Positions 47,199-60,119 are shown, counted from the stretch's first letter. The stretch: DNA of 64,000 nt from Felis catus (GCF_018350175.1 NC_058368.1:116314001-116378000); one strand, 5' to 3'. Numbers and translations: made by a program. Notes: generated from the sequence alone by a model not told the origin.

Positions 47199-50150
47199 AA
47201 GAGTAATCATAAACGTAATTATAGTAAAACCTTGGTTTGTGAGTATAATTCATTCCAGAATCATGCTTATAATCCACAGCACTTGTATATTGAAGCAAAT
47301 TTCCCTGTAAGAAATAAGGGAAACTCAGATGATTCGTTCCACAACCAAAAAATATTCACATAAAAATAATTGCAATACAGTAATATAATAAAAAATACTA
47401 AATAAAATACAAAATATAAAGAAAGATAAACAAATTAACCTGCACTTCCCTTTGAAAACATTCGTGGCTGGTGTGAGGGAGATGAGAGAGGAGGGTTATT
47501 GTGTAGGACGACTTTCACTATCACTAATGGAATCACTGCTGTCTATTTGCTCAGTGGAATCTTTTTCTTTTCATGCAACTTTAACAAGTAACCTACTCAA
47601 TGACACTTGGTTTTGCCTCATTTTGAGGATTTCCTGGAAATGTGACTTTGCATTGTCATTAAACACATTCATCGCTCACACTGCTACAGCCTTGTATGGG
47701 TGGTACTTTTCTACAAAATTTTGCAGTTTCCCACATTTTATACAGCTCCTTAATCTCATTTCAAGTGAGGGATTCCTCTGCTTTTTCTCCTCCTCTGCAG
47801 ACGAGATGCAAATGTAGACTTATAAAATCTTGCATTCTCGGCCACTCACATACCTCATTTGTACTTCTTGATGATTTCCTTCTTAACTTCCACTGTAATC
47901 ACCTCTTTATTCTTAACACCTTTCTTTTCAACCTGTTTCTGCATGGGGTCCATTTTATATGCTCCCATGGCTGTTGACTATAGTACAGTATTAATAAACT
48001 CTTGTCGTATGCTGTATTTAATGTAACTGGCAATAAGACAGCACAGGAAAGGGTCTATATCTATCTGCAGGCAGCCTGACCTGGAATGAAGCAAAGCATT
48101 CCTAAACTTCCACTTGAATGGAAAAGCAAAGGACTGTCCATAGGTGCTTTGAAGTGACAAAAAATACACTTGGGCCAGTTGTGGGCACTTTCTTGTGTTC
48201 TGAAAAATCACTGTTTTCTGCCAAATACCGTGGCTTGAGCCCAAGCATCTGAGCATGAGAGATGATCACCCACAATCCAGCAGCAAGCGAGAAAGGGAGA
48301 GGGAGAACCATTGACTCAGTTTGATCATGTGATGTTCAGCATTACGTACCACTCGTATTGCAAGACATCGCTCGTTTATCAAGTTAAAATTGATTAGAAA
48401 TGTTTGCTTCTCTTGTGGAACCAACTCGCAGAACAAGTTACTCAAAATCCAAGGTTTTACTGTAATTAATTAATTTAAAAAAGAGGAATCTTACAGGATT
48501 TGTCTTTTTTTTGACTGCCTTATTTCACTTGGCATATTTTTCTCAAGATTTATCCAAATCGTAGCATGTGTCAGAATTTCCTTACTTTTTTAAGGTTGCA
48601 TAATGTTTCATTTTATGTATGTAACATATTTTGCTTATTCATTCATCCTATGGTGGACACTTGGGTTGCTTCCGTGCTTTAGTTACTGTGTATAATACTG
48701 CTTTGAACATACCTGTACAAGTATCTGATCAAGTCCCTGCTTTCAGTTCTTTTGGGTATATACATAGGAGTGGTATTGCGTGATCATATGGTATTTCTAA
48801 TTTTTTGAGGAATTACCACTTACTGTTTTTCCACAGAGGTTTTACCAGTTTTATATTTCTACAGTGTACGGAGGTTCCAATTTCTCCATATTCTCACTAA
48901 CACTTGTTATTTTCTGGGGTTTTTTTTGATAGCAGCCATCCTAATGGTTGTGAGGTGGTATCCCATTGTGGTTTTGATGTGCATTTCCCTAATGATTGTG
49001 ATGTAGATCATCTTTTCATGTGCTTATTGGCCATTTGAGTATCTTCTTTGTCGAAATGTCTATTCAGATCCTTTTACTGTTCTTGAATTAGGTTGGTTGT
49101 TTTTTGTTTTTGAGTTTTAGAATTTCCTTACATATTTTGGATATTAATCTCTTAAACCCATTATAAATATACCCAAGTATTTTCTCCTATTCTGTTGGTT
49201 GCCTTTTTACTCTGTTGAATAGTGCCCTTTTATATAAAAGTTTTTATTATTTATTTATTTTAAAGTTTATTTATTTATTTTGAGAGAGAGACAGCGGGGA
49301 AGGGGCAGAGAGGGGGAGAGAGAACCCCAATCACACTCTGCTGACAGTGCAGAGCCCGACGCAGGGCTCAATCCTAGGAACTGTGTGATCCTGACCTGAG
49401 CTGAAATGAAGAGTCAGACACTTAAATGACTGAGCCACCCAGGCGCCCATGTATGTAAAATTTTTTAGTTTAATGAAATCCAATTTGTTTATTTTTTCTT
49501 TTGCTGCCTATGCCTTTGGTATTATATCCAAAAAATCATTGCCAAATCCTATGTCATGAAGTTTTGTCCTATGTTTTCTTCTAAGAGTTTTATAGTTGTA
49601 GGTTTTTGATCCCTTTTGAGTTAATTTTTGCATATGTTGTCAGGTAATGGTCCAGCTTCATTGTTTTGCATGTGGTTGTATAGATTTCCCAGCATCATTT
49701 GTTTAAAAAAAACCTGACCTTTCCTAATTGAATGGTCTTAACATCCTTGTCAAAAATCATTTGGCCATATATGCAAGGGTTTATTTCTGGAATCTTTCCT
49801 TTCTTCCTTTTGTCTAGGTGTCTGTCTTTATTCCCATACCAAATGTTGTATTTATTATAGGTTTGTACATGTTTTGAAATCAGGAAGTGTGAATCCTCCT
49901 GCTTTATTCTTCTTTTTCAAGATTGTTTTCAGGGTTCCTTTAGATTGTATTTTTTTTTTTTTTTAATGTTTATTAAAGAGAGAGACTGAGTACAAGCAGG
50001 GGAGGGGCAGAGAGAGAGGGAGATACAAAATCTGAAGCAGGCTCCAGGCTCTGAGCTGTTAGCACAGAGCCAAACACAGGGCTCAAACTCACAATCCGTG
50101 AGATCATTACCTGCACTGAAGTCAGACATTCAACCTACTGAGCCACCCAG
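46375..50150 (-). mobile_element. Ancient L1M (L1MA/MB-like) fragment interrupted by SINEs and the Tigger element
   Basis: L1M 3'-end motifs (aaaatttaccatcttagccatttt...gtgtacagttcagtggtattaa) followed by degenerate antisense ORF2. Confidence 0.75.
47222..48462 (-). mobile_element. Internally deleted Tigger/pogo (Tc1-mariner superfamily) DNA transposon
   Basis: Imperfect ~24-bp TIRs (t/c)agtaaaaccttgg...ccaaggttttactg flanked by TA (47220-47221, 48463-48464). The - strand encodes a CENP-B-like HTH N-terminus and a Tigger-type C-terminus, both with stops. Confidence 0.88.
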
Positions 50151-51774
50151 GTGCCCCCTTTGACTTTTCTCTCTTTTTCTATTCTCTGTCTCATTTATTC
50201 TGCTCTAACCTTTATTATTTCCTTCCTTCTGCCAGTTTTGAGTTTAGTCTTTTTTCAATTACTTTAATTCATTTCTAGTTTGTGTAATTTTTTAAAAAAT
50301 TTTTTAAGTTTTTATTTTTATTTTAATTCCAGTATATTTAACATACAGCGTTAGATTAGTTTGGGTGTACAATAAAGTAATTCAGCAGTTGTGTACTAGT
50401 GCGTATCATGGTGAGTGTACTCTTTAATCCCCATCACCTATTCACCCATGCTCTCCCCACTCCTCTTCCCCTCTGGTAACCATCAGTTTGTTCTTTGCAG
50501 TTAAGAGTCTATTTCTTGGTTTGTCTCTCTCTTTTTTTCCCCTTTGTTCATTTGTTTTGTTTCTTAAATTCCTCACATGAGTGGATTCTCTAGCTCCATC
50601 TATGTTGTTGCAAATGTCAAGATTTCATTCTTTTTTATGGTTGAATAATATTCCATCGTATATATGTACCATTTATTTGTCCATTCATCTATTGATGGAC
50701 ACTTAGACCACTTCAATAATTTGGTTAGTGTAAATAATGCTGTAATAAAAACAGGAGTGCATATATCCTTTTGAATTAATGTTTTTGTATGCTTTGGATA
50801 AATATCCAGTAGTACAAATCATGGGGTAGTTCTATTTTTAACTTTTTGAGGAACCTACATACTCATTGCCACAGTGGCTACACCAGTTTGCTTTCCCACC
50901 AAATAGTGCATGAGGGGTCCTTTTTCTCTACATCCTTGCCAACACTTGCTGTTTATTGTGTTGTTGATGTTAGCCATTCTGATGGGTGTGAGGTGGTATC
51001 TCTTTGTAGCTTTGATTTGCATTTCAGTAATGTTGAGCACCTTTTCATGAGTCTGTTGGCAATCAGTATATCTTTGGAAAAATATCTATTTGTCTTCTGC
51101 CCATTTTTAGTTTGGTTATTTGTTTTTTTGGGTGTTCAATTGTAAATGTTCTTTATATATTTTGATACTAACACTTTATTGCATATGAAATTTGCAAATA
51201 TTCTCTCCCATTCAGTAGGTTGTCTTTTAGTTGTCTTGATTGTTTCCTTTGTTGTACAGATGATTTTATTTTGAGATAGTCCCAATTAGTTTATTTTTGC
51301 TTTCATTTCCGTTGGCTCAAGAGACATATCTAGAAAAATGTTGCTATAGCCAATGTCACAGAAACTACTGCCTGTTCTCTCTTCTAGAATTTTTATGATT
51401 TCATGTCTCACATTTAGGTCTTTTGTCTTTTATTCACTTTAAATTTATTTTTATGTATTGTGTGAGAAAGTAGTCCCATTTCTTTCTTTTGCATGTAACT
51501 GTCCAGTTTTCCTAACATGATTAAAAAAAAATTTTTTTAATGTTTATTTATTTTTGAAGGAGAGAGAGACAGAGTGGGGGGCAGGGTGCAGAGGGAGAGG
51601 GAGACACAGAATCTGAAGCAGGCTCCAGGCTCTGAGCTGTCAGCACAGAGCCTGATGGGGGATTCAAACCCACAAAACGCGAGATCATGACCTGAGCCGA
51701 AGTCAGACACTCAACCAGCCGAGCCACTCAGGTGCCCCTTCCCTAACACCATTTGTTAAGAACCTGTCTTTTTC

Positions 51775-54072
51775 TTCAACATAGTATTGGAAATCTTAGC
51801 CTCTGCAATCAGACAACACAAAGAAACAAAAAGGCATCCAAATCGGCCAGGAGGAGGTCAAACTTTCACTCTTCACAGATGACATGATACTCTACATGGA
51901 AAACCCAAAAGATTCCACCAGAAAACTGCTAGAATTGATTCATGAATTCAGCAAAGTTGCAGGATATAAAATCAACCCACAGAAATCGGTTGTATTCTTA
52001 TACACCAACAATGAAGCGACAGAAGGAGAAATCAAGGAATCAATCCCATTTACAGTTGCACAAAAAACCATAAAATACCTAGGAATAAATCTAACCAAAG
52101 AGGTGAAAAATCTATATGCTGAAAACTGTAGAAAGCTTATGAAAGAAATTCAAGAAGACACAAAAAAAAATGGAAAAAGATTCCATGTTCCTGGATAGGA
52201 AGAACAAATATTGTTAAAATGTCGATACTACCCAAAGCAATCTACATATTCAGTGCAATTCTATCAAAACAGCACCAGCATTCTTCACAGAGCTAGAACA
52301 AATAATCCTAAAATTTGTATGGAACCAGAAAAGACCCCGAATAGCCAAAGCAATCTTGAAAAAGAAAACCAAACCAGGAGGCATCACAATTCCAGACTTC
52401 AAGCTATACTACAAAGCAGTAATCATCAAGACAGTATGGTACTGGCACAAGAACAGACACTCAGATCAGTGGAACAGAATGGAGAACCCAGAAATGGACC
52501 CACAAACATATGACCAACTAATCTTTGACAAAGCAGGAAAGAATATCCAATGGAATAAAAACAGTCTCTTCAGTAAGTGGTGCTGAGAAAACTGGATAGT
52601 GATATGCAGAATAATGAAGCTGGACCACTTTCTTACACCATACACAAAAATAAACTCAAAATGGATGAAAGACCTCACTGTAAGACCATCAAAATCCTCG
52701 AGGAGAAAGTAGGCAAAAACCTCTTTGATCTTGGCCACAGCAACTTCTTACTCACCACGTCTCTGGAGGCAAGGGAAACAAAAGCAAAAATGAACTACTG
52801 AGACCTCATCAAAATAAAAAGCTTCTGTACAGCAAAGGAAACAATCAGCAAAACTAAAAGGCAATGGGGCGCCTGGGTGGCTCAGTCGGTTAAGCATCCG
52901 ACTTCGGCTCAGGTCATGATCTTGCGGTCCGTGAGTTCTAGCCCTGCGTGGGGCTCTGTGCTGACAGCTCAGAGCCTAGAGCCTGCTTCAGATTCTGTGT
53001 CTCCCTCTCCCTGACCCTCCCCTGTTCATGCTCTGTCTCTCCCTGTCTCAAAAATAAACGTTAAAAAAAAAAAAAAAAAAACTAAAAGGCAACCAACAGA
53101 ATGGGAGAAGATATTTGCAAATGACATCAGATAGAGTTGGTATCCAAAATCTATAAAAAACATATCAAACTCAACACCCAAAAAACAAATAATCCACTGA
53201 AGAAATGGTCAAAAGACATTAATAGACCCTTCTCCAAAGAAGGCATTCAGATGGCCAACCGACACATGAAAAAATGCTCAACGTCACTCACCATCAGAGA
53301 AATACAAATCAAAACCACAATGAGATACCACCTTACACCTGTCATAATGACTAACATTAACAACTCAGGCAACAACAGATGTTGGCGAGGATGCAGAGAA
53401 AGAGGATCTCTTTTGCATTGTTGGTGGGAATGCAAGCTGGTGCAGCCACTCTGGAAAACAGTATGGAGGTTCCTCAAAAAACTAAAATAAAACTATCCCA
53501 TGACCCAGCAATTGCACTACTAGGCATTTATCCAAGGGATACAGGTGTGCTGTTTCGAAGGGACACATGCACCCCCGTGTTTATAGCAGCACTATCAACT
53601 ATAGCCAAAGTATGGAAAGAGCCCAGATGTCCATCGATGGACTAATGGATAAAGAAGATGTGGTATATCTATATAATAGAGTATTACTCGGCAATCAAAA
53701 AGAATGAAATCTTGCCCTTTGTAACTACGTGGATGGAACTGGAGGGTTTATACTAAGTGAAATTAGTCAGAGAAAGACAAAAATCATATGACTTCACTCA
53801 TATGAGGACTTTAAGAGACAAAACAGATGAACGTAAGGGAAAGGAAGCAAAAACAATATAAAAACAGGGAGGGGGACGAAACAGAAGAGACTCATAAATA
53901 ATGGAGAACAAACTGAGGGTTACTGGAGGGGTTGTGGGAGGGGTGATGGGCTAAATGGGTAAGGGGCATTGAGGAATCTACTCCTGAAATCATTGTTTCA
54001 CTATATGCTAACTAATTTGGATGTGAATTTTAGAAAATGAAAAATAAATTAAATTAAAAAAAATTTTTTTTA
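51775..54072 (+). mobile_element. LINE-1, 5'-truncated (part of RT to 3'UTR), nested in an older antisense L1 and carrying a SINE
   Basis: [20 protein letters not shown] motif region and downstream ORF2 fragments with frameshifts; A-rich tail near 54030-54062; TSD core ctgtctttttc at 51764-51774 and 54075-54085. Confidence 0.92.
52866..53077 (+). mobile_element. CanSINE inside the young L1
   Basis: TSD aaaactaaaaggcaa at 52850-52864 and 53078-53092. Confidence 0.92.
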
Positions 54073-55158
54073 AACTGTCTTTTTCCCCTGGCATATTCTT
54101 GCCTCTTTTGCAGAAGATCAATTGATTGTATAATTGCGGGTTTGCCATTGATCTTTGTGTCTATTTTTGTTCCCATACCATACTGTTTTCATTAATACAG
54201 CTTTGTAGTATAACTTGAAATCTGGAGTTGTGATACCTCCAGCTTTGTATTTCTTTTTCAAGATTGTTTGGCTATTTGGGGTCCTTTGTAGTTCCATACA
54301 AATTTTAGGATTATTTATTCTAGTTCTGTGAAAAAAAAGCCATTGGTATTTTGATAGGGATTGCATTAAATCTGTAGATTGCTCTGGGTCATATGGGCTT
54401 TTTAACAATAATTGTTCTTCAAGTCCATGAGCCTGGAACGTCTTTCCATTTATTTGTGTTGTCTTAAATTTCTGTCATCAGTTAGTGTTTAGGTTTGCTT
54501 TCTTAATTTTTCTTTCTGTTGCTTCATTATTAGTGTATAAAAATGCAATGGATTTCTGTACATTGATTTTGTATCCTGTGACCTTACTGAATTCATTTAT
54601 CAGTTCCAGTAGTTTTTTGGTGGAGTCTTTAGGGTTTTCTATATGTAGTATCATAACATCTGCAAACAGTGAAAGTTTTACTTCTTCTTTACCAATTTGG
54701 ATACAAAATTGTATTTCCTTATTGTTGTCTGATTGCTGTGGGTAGGACCTTTAATACTATGTTGAATAAAATTGGTGAGAGTGGACATCCTTGTCTTATT
54801 CCTGATCTTAGGGGGAAAGCTTTCAGTTTTTCATCATTGAGTATAATTCCAATCTATTCTCTAGAATTTCCTTCCTTCTGCTTGCTTAGATACATTTTGC
54901 TCTTCTTTTTTAGGCATTTGAATTTTTTTTAAATGTTCATTTATTTTTGAGAGAGAGAGAGACAGTGTGAGCCAGGGAGGGGCAGAGAGAGAGAGGGAGA
55001 CACAGAATCTGAAGCAGGCTCCAGGCTCTGAGCTGTCAGCACAGAGCCCAACACGGGGCTCAAACCTAGAAACTGTGAGATCATGACCTGAGCTGAAGTC
55101 AGATGCTTAACCGACTGAGCCACCCAGGCACCCTGTAGGCTTTTAAAATGTGTGTTTA

Positions 55159-56414
55159 AACATGCAGAAGAATGAAACTAGACCACTTTCTTACACCATT
55201 CACAAAAATAAACTCAAAATGGATAAAGGACCTGAATGTGAGACAGGAAACCATCAAAACACTAGAGGAGAAAGCAGGAAAAGACCTCTCTGACCTCAGC
55301 CACAGCAATTTCTTACTTGACACATCCCCAAAAGCAAGGGAGTTAAAAGCAAAAATGAACTATTGGGACCTCATGAAGATAAAAAGCTTCTGCACAGCAA
55401 AGGAAACAATCAACAAAATTAAAAGGCAACCAACGGAATGGGAAAAGATATTTGCCAATGACATATCGGACAAAGGGCTAGTATCCAAAATCTATAAAGA
55501 GCTCACCAAACTCCACACCCAAAAAAACAAATAATCCAGTGAAGAAATTGGCAGAAAACATGAACAGACACTTCTCTAAAGAAGACATCCGGATGGCCAA
55601 CAGGCACATGAAAAGATGCTCAACGTGGCTCCTCATCAGGGAAATACAAATCAAAACCACACTCAGATATCACCTCACGCCAGTCAGAGTGGCCAAAATG
55701 AACAAATCAGGAGACTATAGATGCTGGAGAGGATGTGGAGAAATGGGAACCCTCTTGCACTGTCAGTGGGAATGCAAACTGGTGCAGCCACTCTGGAAAA
55801 CAGTGTGGAGGTTCCTCAAAAAATTAAAAATAGACCTACCCTATGACCCAGCAGTAGCACTGCTAGACATTTACCCAAGGGATACAGGAGTACTGATGCA
55901 TAGGGGCACTTGTACCCCAATGTTTATAGCAGCACTGTCAACAATAGCCAAATTGTGGGAAAAGCCTAAATGTCCATCAACTGACGAATGGGTAAAGAAA
56001 TTGTGGTTTATATACACAATGGAGTACTACGTGGCAATGAGAAAGAATGAAATCTGGCCCTTTGTAGCAACGTGGATGGAACTGGAGAGTGTAATGCTAA
56101 GTGAAATAAGCCATACAGAGAAAGATACCATGTTTTCACTCTTATGTGGATCCTGAGAAACTTAACAGAAACCCATGGGGAAGGGGAAGGGGAAAAAAAA
56201 AAATGAGGTTAGAGTGGGAGAGAGCCAAAGCATAAGAGACTCTTAAAAACTGAGAACAAACTGAAGGTTGATGGGAAGGTGGGAGGGAGGGATGGGTAGG
56301 TGGTGGGCATTGAAGAGGGCACCTTTTGGGATGAGCACTGAGTGTTGTATGGAAACCAATTTGACAATAAATTTCATATATTAAAAAAAATAAATAAATA
56401 TAAAAATAAACAAA
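55159..56414 (+). mobile_element. Young felid-type LINE-1, 5'-truncated, same subfamily as 28966-30435
   Basis: ORF2 C-terminal fragments (55172-55534, 55539-56156) nearly identical to the 29279-30328 ORF; same 3'UTR; A tail; candidate TSD taaaatgtg(t/a)g(t/c)tta at 55144-55158 and 56415-56429. Confidence 0.93.
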
Positions 56415-56429
56415 TAAAATGTGAGCTTA

Positions 56430-57330
56430 GGTTATGATGTTTTTTTTTTTCTGCTCTTCTAATTTTATGCACTTTGAGGTATAAGTTTCCCTCTCAGCAC
56501 TACTTTAGCTGTGTCTTATAAATTTTAATATGTTGTAGTTTGTTTTCATTCAGTTCCATGTATTTTTTTTTATTCCACTTGAGACTTACTCTGTGACTCA
56601 TAGTTTATTTTGATGTGTATTTAGTTTCCAAACATCTGAAGATTTTCCTGTTATCTTTCTGTTACTGATTTCTAGTTTCGTTCCATTGTGATCAGAAAGT
56701 ACATTCTATATTATTTTAGTTTTTAAAAATGTTTGAAGTTTGCTTCATAGCGAAGATGTGGACTTATATTCCCTGTGCATTTGAGGACAATGTATATTTT
56801 GCTGGTTAGGGGTGGAGTGTTGTATAAATATCAATTAGATCCTATTGATTGATGGTAGAATTCTACATTTTTTTTTTTTATTTTGTGTCTAGTTTTTCAA
56901 ACAATTGTTGAGAGAGGTGTGTTATAATCTTCATCTGTACTTGTACTTATGGATTTGTGTGTTTCTTTTCGTTGGTTCTTTTTTTTTTTTTCACATGCTG
57001 GAGCTCTGTTGTTTGGTACATACACATTTTCAGGATTGCTATTTGTCTTTTTCACGATTGCACTTTGATCATTATGTGAAGTTTTTCTCTGGTAATCTTC
57101 TTTGTTCTGAGGTCTAATTTGTTAATATGGCTCCTGATATTATTATAGCTACTCTTGTTTTCCATTGATAAATGTTTTTGCCCTTTCCTTTCAATCTTTG
57201 ATATGTTTGATATGCCTATATTGTTATGCTGAAGTGATTTTTTTTGCAGACAGTGTATTTTTAGGTCATGTTTTGTAATCCACTCTGTCAGTCTTAGTAT
57301 TTTAACTGGTTTGTTTAGACCATTTACATT
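56430..57330 (-). mobile_element. Degenerate ancient L1 ORF2 fragment
   Basis: ttccctctcagcactactttagctgtgtc and ctttctgttactgatttctagttt...ccattgtgatcag are antisense L1M ORF2 text. Confidence 0.6.
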
Positions 57331-57336
57331 TAATGA

Positions 57337-59283
57337 GGGGCACCTGGGTGGCTCAGTTGGTTAAGTGTCAGACTCATGATCTCAGCTCAGGTCTTGATCT
57401 CAAGGTCATGAGTGCAAGCCGTTGAGCTCTGTGCTGGATATGAAGCTTACTTAAAAATATAATAATTATTATTGATGTGGTGTTCTTATATTCTGATTCT
57501 TTGTTGAAATTTATTATTTTTTTAAAGTTTATTTTGAGAGAGACAGCACAAGTGGGGAAGGGGCAGAGAGAGATCAAGAGAGAGAGAATCCCAAGCAGGC
57601 TTCTGCTGCCAACACAGATCCTGACGTGGGGCTCAAACTCACAAAAGCGTGAGATCATGACCTGAGCTGAAACCAAGAGCCGGACACTTAACCGACTGAG
57701 TCATCCAGGCACCCCTGCAATTTATTTTTTATTCGTTTTCTCCCCTTTATTTTCTTTAATTTATCATTAATTGCCCCTTTTTAAAAATCATCTATATTTG
57801 ATTTGCTTCTAGGTCTATTTTTATTGTTTATTTTATATCTTGACAATTATATTTTCTTGCCTTTTAATATGTCTAGTATTTTTAGCTTAAGTCACATGCT
57901 GTGGATTATTCCTTTTCATGGATCGTGATTATCCTGTCTTGTAACAAAAAAACAATATTTTTGAGTTAATTTATGTTGAGAGACTGCACGTGTGCACATG
58001 CAAGCTGGGGAGGGGCAGAAAGAGAGAGAGAGAAAATCTCAAACAGGTTCTGCACTTAGCATGGAGACTGATGTGGGTCTCAATCTCACAAACCCATGAG
58101 ATCACGACCTGAGCCGAAACCATGAGTTCGATGCTCAACCGACTGAGACACCCAAGTACCCCTATCCTGTCATTCTTTTTAAACTGTTAAATTTTGTTCT
58201 AGCAGGCAGTTAAATTACCAATGGATCACTCTAATCATATTGAGGATTAAATTCATCTTTACTCTTTTTTTTTTTTTACGTTTATCTTTGAGAGAGGGGG
58301 AGGGGGGACATATGCAAGCAGGGGAGGGGCAGAGAGAGGGGGACAGAGGACCCAAAGCAAGTTCTGTGCTGACATCAGAGAGCCCAATGTGGGGCTTTGA
58401 ACTAGTGAACTGCGAGATCATGACCTGGCTGAAGTCGGACACTTAACCAACTGAGCCACCCAGGTGCCCCTAATTCATCTTTTCTCTTAAATTTCTGGTT
58501 CCTTCCTCCTTGATCTTTGGGTATTCCTTAGTATGGATCTGTACCATCTCAAATGACATCCTGTATATTCACCATGATCTTTCTATTCTGCCTGAGTCTG
58601 AACTCCCAAAGCCCCAACCTTTCAGTACCCAATCTCTACTAGGCATCCTGGAGTATCATCCTCAGTGTGTTCAACTCAGGAGTTGCCCACGTTTCTGAAG
58701 AAGATAATTTTGTATAGATTTTTGAGACTTCTTCTCTGTATTGTTTTTCCTCAGGTATCCTGCCCATCTCTCCAGGTCCTGTTTTGGCTGCCTTGTATTC
58801 TCATCTTTGTTTTCTTTGCTGAAAGAGATCTTCACTCTTTGTTTAGCTTTCAGTTTCCTTAGACCATGGTTTGGGAGATGCCTAAAGAGAGAAAGCTGTA
58901 GTGAATGTAGGGTTCAACTTATGCGCTGCCTTTTATTAGTGCCTAGCCTTAGGCTGGGTGTGGTTCATTCCTCCAGTTGCTTTATCTCTTTTGCCCAATT
59001 TTTACAGTTGTTTATTATAAGAGAATGAGTGCATTACCAGCTACAGATCTATGGTTAAGACTATAAGTCTTATATGTTTTGTTAATTTTTTTAAACATTT
59101 ATTCATTTTTGAAAGAGCACAAACGGGGGAGGGCTAGAGAGAGGGAGACACAGAATCCAAAGCAGGCTCCAGGCTCCAAGCTGTCAGCACAGAGCCTGAC
59201 GCGGGGCTCGAACTCACGGACTGCAAGATCATGACCTGAGCTGAAGTTGGCCATTCAACTGACTGAGCCACCCAGGCGCCCCT
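57337..59283. mobile_element. CanSINE cluster (57337-57456 + short; 57510-57715, 57957-58163, 58265-58470, 59085-59283 all -)
   Basis: CanSINE consensus text in each. Confidence 0.82.
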
Positions 59284-59640
59284 AAAGTCTTATAATTTTA
59301 AAAAATTCTAATAATGATATTAGACCTTTGAGATTGGATTATTCTGTTTTTACTTCTTATATTTTCCTTTGGCAAAATAAATATTGTTTATTAAAGCAAA
59401 AAGTGCTTAGTGTAATTTTTCTCTTAATATATGTACTCAAGATATGGCAGCAGAGTAGCAGAGTCAATGAAGAAATTGAAGTAAATTCACACAAAACTAT
59501 TGGGAGCTAGAGGAGCTATGCACAACAGTAGTTCCCTGATCTGTGAATACTCATAAATTCTTTTTCCTTTTAAATTAGAAATGTATTTCAAATGCCAAAT
59601 AACTTAATGCAGTAATTTGGTTAAAATACATTTTATTTTA

Positions 59641-59877
59641 GGGGCACCTGGTTGGCCTAGTCAGTCAAGTGTCTGACTCTTGATCTCAGCTCAGATTATG
59701 ATATCAAAGTAGTGAATTTGATCCCAGCATTGGTTGGGCTCTGTGCAGGACATGGAGCCTACCTTAAATATATATATATATATAGTGGGTGGTGGGCACT
59801 GAGGAGGGCACCTGTTGCGATGAGCACTGGGTGTTGTATGGAAACCAATTTGACAATAAATTTCATATTAAAAAAAA
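59641..59877 (+). mobile_element. Short CanSINE with an ~90-bp L1 3'-end fragment (about 59785-59877) in its tail
   Basis: gatgagcactgggtgttgtatggaaaccaatttgacaataaatttcatatt matches the 3' end of the L1 at 56330-56382. Confidence 0.85.
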
Positions 59878-60119
59878 TATGTGTGTGTGTGTGTGTGTGT
59901 GTGCACGCGCGTGCATGATTTTACATATATTTGAAGGGTTAGTGTTTAATAGTAAAGATAGAATTTTAGTTTTATTTTTGTTTTAGTAGAACTGAAATTT
60001 TAATGCCAAGTTATTTGTTTTTGACATCATGTCAACAGTGATTAAAGCTGGGCTAGTCATTTAGTTAAATATAATGAAATTTTTGTTGGATACTGAAATC
60101 TAACATTTAATAAGGTTTC

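Larger units (their letters stand above)
50300..54845 (-). mobile_element. Older carnivore-type LINE-1 (3' end and ORF2 part), split by a SINE and by the 51775-54072 L1
   Basis: Antisense L1 3'UTR at about 50300-50600; ORF2 fragments 50855-51040 and 54118-54408 ([17 protein letters not shown]); sequence is continuous across the inserted L1. Confidence 0.85.

Noticed and set aside
51740..51790. L1 orientation switch as a twin-priming inversion
   Set aside because: The antisense L1 resumes collinearly at about 54075 with a duplicated target, and the two L1s have separate, different 3' ends. This is nested insertion.
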